Below, in pieces: positions 9,180 through 18,831 of a stretch of 64,000 nucleotides of DNA. The DNA is taken from the NCBI GenBank assembly GCA_965233585.1, contig CBDDTI010000212.1:1-64000 (forward strand). Direction: 5' to 3'. How positions within the stretch are numbered: the stretch's first letter is position 1; each line of letters begins with the position of its first letter. The position numbers and the translations under genes are program-made. The notes under the pieces were generated by a model. That model saw nothing but the letters and a program-made list of their open reading frames with translations. It searched no databases and was not told where the DNA came from. The DNA comes from a bacterium (lineage in GTDB: Bacteria; SAR324; NAC60-12).

Positions 9180-12100
9180 ATGGATTTTATAGAAATTCCA
9201 CGTGATTTAAAGAGATCTAATTGCTTGGAATGGAAAACTCGTTACGATAAATTCAATTTTCTTTATCTGTACATTAGACATCTTTTTCCTGAGGAAACGG
9301 TTTCCGTTGTTGATTTTCGTCAAATGCCGATAAAGTATCTTAAAAAGTTTAATATAAGAGGTTTCAAGTTCCCTCTTCAATTTTGTAATTTAAAAAAATT
9401 TCTAAATAGAAACTCCCATTTACCAATTTCAATTTCAGTTTTTTATGAGAGTGAAGGTCAAGTTTCAAAGTTAGGTTTTTTTACTAATAAAAACAACAAC
9501 AGAAACAAAAACATTTTAAATTTGTTAATGATAAAATATGATCCTGAAATCTCTCTTGAAAATGAATCTCCATTTTCTCGCCTTGCAAAACCAATTCAAC
9601 GCAAGAAAAAATCTTCTTGTAAAAAGATTGTCAATTGTAGTTCTAATGTCAAATTGGGTTTTTCTTCCAAGTTTAAAAAGATCAAGGATTTAAATCAACA
9701 GCACCATTTCTTTAAAATTACCAAAATCCAAGGTTTTTTGAATAATCGGGCCGGACTGTTATCGGGTAAAAAAGCAGCTCAACAAAAGCACATCTATTGT
9801 GAAAAATGTCTGCTACATTTTCGATCCAAATCTAAAAAAGAAAAACACGAAGACACTTGCTGCGATAAACAACGTGCTGTCTACCCAACCAAAAATTCCT
9901 CCATAAGTTTTACCAATCATAAACATAAATTTCATGCTCCTGTTGTCGGATTTTGTGATTTTGAATGTGTACTTCAAAGAAACAAAGAACGATCTAAATG
10001 TCAACTCTGTTTAAAAACTGAGTGTTTGTGTGCTTTTCCCACCAGTGACGATATAAACGTGCATAGACCAGTGGGGTATAGCTTGCTTTTTGTGGATTCG
10101 AATGATGAAGTATTTTTTCAAGAAGAATATGTAGGAGAGGATGCAGCCAAACATTTTTTGGATCGAATGCATTTCTATGAAAAAGTTGTTGACGAAAGAA
10201 AACAAAAATTTAGACATATTGTTAAAAATCAATCTAGTCCGCAAGAATGGCAAATGTATCAAAAAGCGAAAGTTTGTCATATTTGTGGTGGTCAATTCAA
10301 AAAGTACTCTAGAAATTACAGAAAAGTTTTAGATCATGATCACGTAACAGGGAAAATAATGGGCGCAGCTCATTCACTGTGTAACTTGACGAGATCCGGT
10401 CCCTTTCACACTCCAATTTTTTTCCACAACGCTCAAGGGTAAGAAGTCTTAATTGGGTTTATTTATTAAACTAACACAAATTATGTACGCGTTTCAGATA
10501 CGATTTGCATTTAATCGTGGAAGAGTTAAATGTTTCCAAATTTAAGCAAAATGTAAAAGTCTTAGCAAAAAACAGTGAAAAGTTTCGCACCCTTACATTG
10601 GGCAAATTTAAAATTCAAGATTCGTTAGAGCACATTTCTGGCAGTCTAGATGCACTTGTTCAAGATTTGAATCAGACCTCGAATTTTACCTTTCCCATTT
10701 TACAACAAATGGAAAGATATAAAAAAATTCCTGTTCGTCAAAAATCAAAAGCTTTAAAACTTTTAAAAAGAAAAGGCGTTTTTTGTTACGAACATTTCCA
10801 ATCTCTACAAGAGATGAAGGAAAGTCGAAACCTTCCGTCCAAAGACTCTTTTTATTCTGAATTGAACGAAGAACACATTACGGAAGCGGATTATTCCCAT
10901 GCTCAAGAAGTCTTTAAATCGTTCAAATGCAAGAATGTGGTGGATTACATGATGCTCTATTGTTCTTTAGACGTTGTTTTGCTGTGTGAAGCATTTCTTC
11001 AGTACAGAAAAATGGTCATGGAACATTTTCAATTGGATCCTGTTTATTATCTAGGTAAATTTTAATCTTTACCGTTGGATGTATCGTAATACTAAATTTT
11101 GTCTACTTAAATTAGGAATTCCTGGTTTGAGTTTTGATGTCATGCTTATGTTCTTTCAAAATTCAGAACAAGCTAAATCAGATAATAAGCCCACATCCGA
11201 ATCTGAAACCTCCAAACCCCTCGGATCATTAGATGTCTATTCTGATCCTGAAATGGAGCGTTTTTTTACAAAGGGTATCAGAGGTGGGCAAAGTTTTATC
11301 GCTCAGCGTTATGCCAAAGGGAATAGCAATCCTAGAAAAAGCGGCGATCACTTGTTATACATTGATGGTAATTTTATACTGTATTATCTGATAAAATCAT
11401 TTTGTTATGATCCGTACAATTTTTCAGCCAACAACTTATACGGGAGTATGGAAACTTTAAAATTACCAGTTTCTGATTTCCAATGGGTTCCAAAAACTGA
11501 ATTTAAAAAATGGACTGCTGAAGATATTATCAACATTCCTTCGCAAGACGATACTGGATATGCGTTTGAAGTTGATTTGCATTATCCTTCTCATCTTCAC
11601 CAGGTAAATCCGATCTTTGTTGTGATACGTTATTTATTGTTTTGACAAGTTACACGATATCATTTTCAGGCACACGATCAATTTCCGCTGGCTCCCTATA
11701 CAGACACGGTTTCTTTTAAACATCTATCTCCTTACAATCGCCGTTTACTGAAACATCACTGCCCTCGAGATTATAGGAACAAAAGATACCGGAGCAAGAA
11801 ATTGTTGAGCACTTTTTATGACCGAAAAAAGTACGTGGTGCATCTGGAAAACCTGCAGTACTACTTGAAAAAGGGCATGAAGTTGCTGAAGATAAGAAAA
11901 GTCATGAAGTTTCGACAAAAAGCTTTTTTGAAGGAGTTCATCGAAAAGGTCACAAAGCTGCGATCAAATGCTCGCAATGACTTTGAACTCCGGCTTTTTA
12001 AACTTTTTGCCAACTCTACTTTTGGAAAATTTATTGGTAAGTTTTGAGATAAGATAATTTAATGATGTTGAGATTGTAAAAGACGCAAAAGCGTAATTTG

Positions 12101-15100
12101 ACGCAGTCCATTTTCCTGTAAAAAATGAATTTGTTAAATACTCAAACAAATTTGGGGTCATTTTTTGTATTTTTCTTTAATTTTGAGGCACAAGTGCGTG
12201 GTGGTACCGGCGACAGTTGCGGCAGTACGTCCTGCCGGCACCAACCACACACTTGGCCTCATCAAAATCATCATCTTCGACAACATCGGCTTCGTTGGCG
12301 GGGCTGACGTCGACGGGGATGACGTCAGTGGGGGTGACGTCGGCGGGGATGACGTCGGCGGGGATGACGTCGGCGGGGATGACGTCGGCGGGGATGACGT
12401 CAGCGGGGATGACGTCGGCGGGGATGACGTCCGGACGGCCGGCGACAAAGTCGGCGACGGAGGCGGCGGCCGTCCTGATCATCATGATCAAGCCTCTGGC
12501 AAACCGTCTAAGACAGCCACCGCCCCACATCAGTGGTGGACGCGGCAGTGTCTCGCTCAATGGCGGGTCCGGCAGCAATTTGAACCTCTCCTCCTCCTCC
12601 TCCTCCTCTTCCGTCCATTTCGCCCTCAACACCTCGTATTTCCCCCTCCTCATCATTCTTCCCAACTTTACCTTGTCCATTTTCCTTTTCCTTCTCCTTC
12701 TCCTCTTCCTTCTGTAAAATTTGTTTTGAATTTTCCCGCATGGTTTTGTCAATTTTAGAAAATGAATCTCCAAACCTTCACATACCAATTAGCAAATTAT
12801 CTCATAAATATTCATAATATTAAATCAATATTAAATTAAAAATTCGCAAAATGAATTAATCAAGTACGCAAACTTTTGAAAAATCAATTTTTATAAAATG
12901 ATGTGTTTATTTTGTAATCAAAAAGAAAAAGAAAAATGATCAAATTTAAATTTTAATTTTTTTTGTAACTTTTCGAGCTGTAGACGGAGACCACACTGAT
13001 GGAAATGCCGTTACTTGACGCACTTCTGGTGTTGGTGAAGGTTCCACGTGACGATAGGGTGGTGGTTTAGATTTTGATGTTGATTGAGAAGACAAATCAA
13101 ATGACACGCGATGAGAGGTCTGCTTCCGTGACTCCGACTCCGGCCTTTGTGGGACGGATTTGTACGGGGTTCGTGATGGCCAAGCAGGTGCTACGGGTCG
13201 CTCGGAAGATGCCCATGATCCCCCACCCAAGGCCGCAGAAGATGACCATGCTCCACCAGTTTTAGTAGATGACCATGCCCCCTCAGTTTTAGTAGATGAC
13301 CATGCTCCTCCGCCCACAGCCCCAGAAGATGACCATGCTCCTCCAGTTTTAGTAGATGACCATGCTCCCCCGCCCCCAGCTCCGGTAGTAGATGCGCTCT
13401 TCCACGACTCTGGCTCTGATTTTTGGGGGACGGACTTGTACGGGGTCCGTGATGGCCAAGCAGGTGCCACGGAACGTTCGGAAGATGTCCATGATCCCCC
13501 ACCCAAGGCCGCAGAAGATGACCATGCTCCCGCAGTTTTAGTTGATGACCATGCCCCCTCAGTTTTAGTAGATGACCATGCTCCTCCACCCACAGCCCCA
13601 GAAGATGACCATGCTCCTCCGGTTTTAGTAGATGACCATGCTCCCCCGCCCCCAGCTCCGGTAGTAGATGCGCTCTTCCACGACTCCGACCCTGATTTTT
13701 GTGGGACGGACTTGTACGGGGTCCGTGATGGCCAAGCAGGTGCCACAGGACGTTCGGAAGATGACCATGATCCCCCACCCAAGGCCGCAGAAGATGACCA
13801 TGTTCCTCCGGTTTTAGTAGATGACCATGCTCCTCCGCTCCCGGACCCGGTAGTAGATGCGCTCTTCCACGACTCCGACCCTGATTTTTGTGGGACAGAC
13901 TTGTACGGGGTCCGTGATGGCCAAGCAGGTGCCACGGGACGCTCGGAAGATGCCCATGATCCCCCACCCGCAGCCCCAGAAGATGACCATGCTCCCCCAG
14001 CCGCAGCCCCGGCAGAGCTACTGCCAGAAGTCGGACTTGAAGTTGCCTCCTCCTGACCTGATTTTATTACTTTTAACCAAAAAGCTTTGCTCTTTTCCTG
14101 ATCTTTTTTATCCATTTTGATTAAGTGTTTATTTTGTAAGAATTTTTGATGACCGTTTATGTCGGGCTTTAAAAAAGGAATGATTTCAAATTGAAGTAAA
14201 TTATAGCACATTGCTAATTACAGAGGAAAATGAAATGTGATATGGGACGGCTAGTTAGCTGAGGTGATTGCGCACATAATCAATTTTCTTTTTAAAATAA
14301 GTTTTATTCTGCATTTCAGAAAATGTTCGAAATTACTCTGAAGTAATCCTTTGTGGTGATGAACAGAGCTTAAGGAAAGCCAGTCTTGGTCAACACATCA
14401 ACAGTTTTCAAATCATCAATGAAAACTTGGTGGCTGTCAACAAGAAGCCAGCAATAATTGAGCTCAGGAAGCCTTTAGCTGTTGGATTTTCTATTTTGGA
14501 ATTGTCCAAGTTGTTTATGTACAGATCGTATTATGACACGATTCAACAACATTTTGGTGAAGAAAATGTGTCTTTATGTTTCTCAGACACAGATTCTTTT
14601 CTATTAAAAGTAAGATGCAACAACTTGGAAAGGGAAATGAAAAAATTGGAGCACATATTTGATTTTTCAAAGTACCCCAAACAACATCCTCTTTTCGATG
14701 ACAGTAGAGCCAATCAGCTTTTTTATTTCAAAGACGAACTAAAAGGCAGAGCAGCTATTACTCACTTTATAGGCTTACGTCCAAAATGTTATTCTATGAA
14801 AATTACTGATTTTTCAGACAAAAACAAAACAGAAGAAAAGAAAATTTGCAAAGGTTTAAAAAAATCTAGCATAAAAAAGCAATTAACCTATAACGATTAC
14901 AAAAAATGTCTGAAACGAACTGTTCTAATTTACAAATCTTTCAAAAACTTAAGATCGAAGAATCATAAAATTCGGACATGTTTTCAAAGAAAGATTGCGT
15001 TATCAGCAATGGATTCCAAAAGACACATTTTGAATTGCGGATATCATACTTTATCACTAGGAAATTGTCTTATTATCAACAACAAATCATCTAAATGTCC

Positions 15101-15113
15101 TATTTGTAAATAA
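9180..15113 (+). CDS. Protein-primed family B DNA polymerase with HNH/EndoVII insert, 6 exons (~1134 aa)
   Basis: Exons 9180-10438, 10498-11054, 11116-11367, 11428-11603, 11670-12036 and 14320-15113. Splicing rebuilds HNAQGYDLHLI, YIDANNLYG, KLFANSTFGKFIENVR and FSDTDS. CHIC...DHDHVTG...AHSLCN insert. Confidence 0.95.
12177..12680 (-). CDS. Intron-nested antisense gene 1: acidic repeat protein with C-terminal Cys/His cluster
   Basis: This frame stays open in both copies despite indels. DVIPA repeats and C-x8-CRNC-x3-HH. Start codon uncertain. Confidence 0.62.
   Translation of the reverse strand: MDKVKLGRMMRRGKYEVLRAKWTEEEEEEEERFKLLPDPPLSETLPRPPLMWGGGCLRRFARGLIMMIRTAAASVADFVAGRPDVIPADVIPADVIPADVIPADVIPADVIPADVTPTDVIPVDVSPANEADVVEDDDFDEAKCVVGAGRTYCRNCRRYHHALVPQN
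12946..14115 (-). CDS. Intron-nested antisense gene 2: Gly/Ser/Trp repeat protein
   Basis: ~389 aa from MDKKDQEK with GGAWSS and RPVAPAWPSRTPYKSVPQ repeats. The minus frame is intact in both copies, while the opposite-strand frame is broken in copy B (TGA 37324-37326). Confidence 0.78.
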   Translation of the reverse strand: MDKKDQEKSKAFWLKVIKSGQEEATSSPTSGSSSAGAAAGGAWSSSGAAGGGSWASSERPVAPAWPSRTPYKSVPQKSGSESWKSASTTGSGSGGAWSSTKTGGTWSSSAALGGGSWSSSERPVAPAWPSRTPYKSVPQKSGSESWKSASTTGAGGGGAWSSTKTGGAWSSSGAVGGGAWSSTKTEGAWSSTKTAGAWSSSAALGGGSWTSSERSVAPAWPSRTPYKSVPQKSEPESWKSASTTGAGGGGAWSSTKTGGAWSSSGAVGGGAWSSTKTEGAWSSTKTGGAWSSSAALGGGSWASSERPVAPAWPSRTPYKSVPQRPESESRKQTSHRVSFDLSSQSTSKSKPPPYRHVEPSPTPEVRQVTAFPSVWSPSTARKVTKKIKI

Positions 15114-15176
15114 ATAAAACATATTGTTACTTTTATTTAAGAAAAAATTTTTAAATATTTTTCAAAAACTAGCAAA

Positions 15177-15848
15177 ATGGATGGTTTTGATTTAAGGTTC
15201 AGTATTCCTTCCAACATGTTAATTGTTGGCCCAACATCGAGTGGAAAAACAACGTGGCTTAAACATTTAGTGGTTGGTAGGCATGAATATTTTGCAACTC
15301 CACCAGAAACAATGTTGTTGTTCTACAAAGAACCACAAAAAGCTTATGAATACATGGAAGATGATATGAATCGAGACAAACGTTCAAACTCTCGCTTTCC
15401 AGCATTTCGTAAATTTAAAAGTATTCCAAATTCGATTGAAGAACTGAAAGATATTTTGGAATCATATCCAAGAAAAATGCCCAAATTAGTTGTTTTTGAT
15501 GATTATTTAGACGATGTTGGACAAATATTAAAACATTTTTTTACGGTTTTGACTCATCACTACAATTGTTTCACTGTTTTTCTGTGTCAAAATTTATTTG
15601 ATAAAAAAGGTGATTTGCGGACATTAAGCATAAACACGCAGTATATGGTTCTTTTTAACAATCCTCGGGACAGAAGTGCGGTTGCGCATTTGGCTAAACA
15701 AATTTTCCCCGGTCGAGTCGGAATTTTAAATAAAGCATACAGGGAAGCTGTTAACGGTCGAAGTCACGGATATCTCCTTCTAGATTTCCATCAACAACAA
15801 GACGATAAAGTCAGAATTCGAAGCAACATTTTTCCGTATGAGGGACTG
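15177..15848 (+). pseudogene. A32/FtsK-like packaging ATPase, copy A, last codons replaced by LTR
   Basis: Walker A GPTSSGKTT and Walker B LVVFDD. Diverges from copy B after GAGGGACTG at 15848. Confidence 0.9.
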
Positions 15849-16175
15849 TGTAAAATAATGCATTTATACGTTTCTATCACATGATGGTTCTCCGCGCCTT
15901 TCTTTCTTTGTACATGTATATTTTTATGTTGTAAAGTAAAAGACAAAAACCGTTGGATTTTTGTGATGGTATTTTCCCCCTTTCTAGACCGCCCAGACTG
16001 TGCAATGGATGCACTTGTCAGACTGGGGGAAAGTATTCAGTTATATTTGAACTGTCTATGTATACGGACGTGAAAATATATTAATTGCATGATTCAGTGA
16101 ACCAACGAGAACTTATTTAAGTGATCTGCGGAAACTCCGTAGATAACGATCATCCATTGAAACGAGAGTTTTACA
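15849..16175 (+). repeat. 5' LTR
   Basis: TGTAAAA...TTTTACA; direct repeat of 29390-29715 with several substitutions and indels. Confidence 0.95.
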
Positions 16176-16176
16176 A

Positions 16177-16194
16177 TGGTGCATCGTCCGGGAA
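16177..16194 (+). promoter_or_regulatory. Primer-binding site, tRNA-Gly(GCC)-like
   Basis: TGGTGCATCGTCCGGGAA lies 1 nt after the LTR, one mismatch from the complement of the invertebrate tRNA-Gly 3' end as I recall it. Confidence 0.8.
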
Positions 16195-16241
16195 AGACGG
16201 TAATCTCTTCCCTGGGCCATTAAAAAGTAAAAAGATCGGCC

Positions 16242-16463
16242 ATGAGGCGTTGGGTCTCAGAGGACAATTTAATTTGCCAGACCCAGACGCTTGAGGAGAA
16301 ACCAGTGATAGGATTTTGGGATTTGCTATATCCACAACATCCCTTCGTGAGGCTGAAGCCGATAATAGAAGCACACGAAGACGATCAGGTTTTCTGCCTC
16401 GAATGTGGTCGATCCCATACGGCAAGAGAAGTTTGCCGTCCAATTAATCGCGAGAGAGCGTAA
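16242..16463 (+). CDS. Small upstream ORF with C-x2-C-x3-H-x5-C cluster
   Basis: 73 aa ATG ORF fills the leader between PBS and gag and ends 15 nt before the gag ATG. Confidence 0.4.
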   Translation: MRRWVSEDNLICQTQTLEEKPVIGFWDLLYPQHPFVRLKPIIEAHEDDQVFCLECGRSHTAREVCRPINRERA

Positions 16464-16478
16464 TAAAACTTTGAAATC

Positions 16479-18799
16479 ATGACCACCCCTCGTACCCGTG
16501 CTCAAGTTGCCGCCAACCCTACCAATGTCGAACTGAGGACCAAGGCCTTCGACGAAAGAAGAGCCTTATGGCCTCAGGAAGACCAGCTAGAAGAGGAACG
16601 TCTTCGAGCGGTAGGAAAAACTTTGGCTGATGCCTTACTCAATTCTGTAAATGTAGTAGGGGATCTCCAAAAAGAAGATCTTGCCAGATTATTCTGCAAG
16701 ATCTTGACCATCGTAGACTTTCGTCAGTATTTCCTCATTGACGAAACATCGGTCTCTATTCTTCAGAGGCTGATGAATGACTTTGAGGAATACACAAATA
16801 AGTTGGTCGATCCGGATGTCCCGGATCAATATATACGAGACCTCCCTTTGGAGAATCTCAAGGTCATGTTGACGGCAAGGCGGGGTCAGTTGTGTGCCCG
16901 ATTGGAGCTCTTGCGAAGCTCCCACAATCAATTGCAAAGTGGGCAATCGATGTGGGACGATGTTTTCATCGAATATAAAACGGTGGGCATCCAATTTTGG
17001 ATGGAAATATTGGACCTGGCTCTGGTCCTCCGTTATAAGTCTGGGGATGCTCTAAAGGAAGAGCTCCAATCCAGACAAGTGTTCTTACAGGAGAGTTTGG
17101 CCCCTGTAATGGACATGTTTTTGATGGAGGTCCGGGATAAACAAGTCAGGAGACCGATACTTTACATTGATTATATGGTCATGTCACCCCCATCTGAAAC
17201 CCTCCGAGGTGATGATTCAGAAGCCTCAGTGGACACGGTCATCCGACCTCCAAATGAAGAGGAGGTGGGACAGATGGGGGCGAGGGTCGAAGCTATGGCT
17301 CTTGGACCTGTCAATGTACCACCGGCAAACGCGACGCAAGTGCAACCGGAACGGGCAGCGGCTCAGGTTATGGGGAGGCCCGCTGAATTCAAATCTAAGG
17401 GCGCAAGCCTGAAGAAAATAATTTCGCTCCCTGGGGTTTCTTCGGACAGGAAACTTCAAATGCTCTCCCAGCAAATTGATCAGTTGGAGAAGAAGTCATC
17501 TGATCAATTGGACGCTCTTACTGGGAGATTAGGCATTAGAAAAGAGGAAGCGTCCTCGGCGGCCTATGGGGATGAAATGGCCGTCGCTCAATATAATGCC
17601 CTACCCAATGTCCAATTGCCGCCCTTCTTTGGTAATGCCTTGGAGTTCCATAAATGGTGGCAGATGTTCATCTATCTGGTGGATAAAAATCCAAAAATCC
17701 CCCAGATTATGAAACTGCACATTTTACAGAAGTCGTTGAAGGGGAGTGCGGAATACCTTTCACATCAGGTCGCCTTCAGTCCAGCAAGTTATGAGATCTT
17801 GAAGGAGAACGTCAAGGATGCGTTTGACGATTCTGATGCTGCACTCCGCCTCTTGGCAGAACGGGTCAAAGCCTGGCCCGTCCTAAAGAGAAACGACCAC
17901 AAGCAATTAGCGGACTTCACGGGGTTTGCCACCAACTACGTAATGCAGTTAATGCAATTCGAGGATGGTGTGTCTTTTAATCCCCGCAATGTCAAGAACG
18001 AACTCTATGCAAGTTTTACCCACAAATGATGGGTGATTACCAGAGAGATTGGGCGCAAGAGGAATTCTTGAAGGGCAAAAGATCAGACAGGGATCAGGTT
18101 GTCTGGCTTTTGCAATGGCTGAAGGCGAAGCTAAAGGTGGCGAAAGCCTACTATAATGCAGACCCTAACCGCCAACCTATTCCATTGGGTATGCCGTCTG
18201 GAATTGCTATGGAATTCAAGAGCGGCAAAAACCAGACGGCAAAGGGAGGCTCCAACTCGAATGGCGGTAAGGGAGCAACGGCGGAAAAGAAAACGGTTGC
18301 AACGGCAGATGGTTTATATGCCACAACCGAAATTTCCGACGCAGAATACGTTGCTGCCACCAATACTCGAGGAAGGGGGAGGGGCTTCCGCGGAGGAAGG
18401 GGCGCTGCGAGAGGACGCGGCAACCAATCCAATCGCGGAAGAGGAAAACCGCCAAATGGCACCCCTTCTGCTGGACCTCCACAGGGTAGTTATAATGAGG
18501 GAGCACAACAGAATCCCTCAACAAATCCTCAAGGCGGGAAAGTTCAATACCCGAGACCCGAAACGAGTTATGATCTTTGGCCCTGCCTATTTTGCGGACG
18601 ACATCAACATCCAGCAAGATTTTGTCCGCAACATATGAAACCGGATACGGTTTATTTGAAGGCTGTGGAGGCGCTTTTGTGTCTCAACTGCCTTCGAGCC
18701 GGGCATTATGCTTCTTCATGCCCACACCCTGGCTGCTCGATGGAGGGGTGCAATGCACGTCACCATAAACTTCTACATGGACATAAGAAAAACCAGTGA
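16479..18799 (+). CDS. gag: BEL/Pao Gag (frameshift at ~18026)
   Basis: DUF1759-type LPNVQLPPFFGNALEFHKWWQMF; knuckles CLFC..H..C, CLNC..GH..C and C..C..HH..LH. One added A at CACAAATGATG would fuse the two ORFs. Confidence 0.9.
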
Positions 18800-18831
18800 G
18801 AAGCTGGTGGGTCCTCATCGGATCCATCTGA

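Larger units (their letters stand above)
2652..15848 (+). mobile_element. Maverick/Polinton copy A (left terminus to ATPase; interrupted by BEL LTR)
   Basis: Starts TGTTGTAGAG at the break in copy C. Contains TP, spliced pPolB and ATPase. 5484-15848 is repeated at 29716-39472. Confidence 0.9.

Noticed and set aside
12177..12680. E1A/E7-like oncoprotein interpretation of nested gene 1
   Set aside because: Acidic region and Cys cluster are present but there is no LxCxE and only one CxxC.
13160..14056. Plus-strand DDHAPP repeat ORF (and the third-frame EHGHLL ORF)
   Set aside because: Shadow frames of the repeat gene; the plus frame is interrupted by TGA in copy B while the GGAWSS frame is kept.
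18023..18031. ATGA stop-start overlap in gag as programmed reinitiation
   Set aside because: It falls inside the capsid region and one extra A restores a normal Gag, so mutation or sequencing error is simpler.
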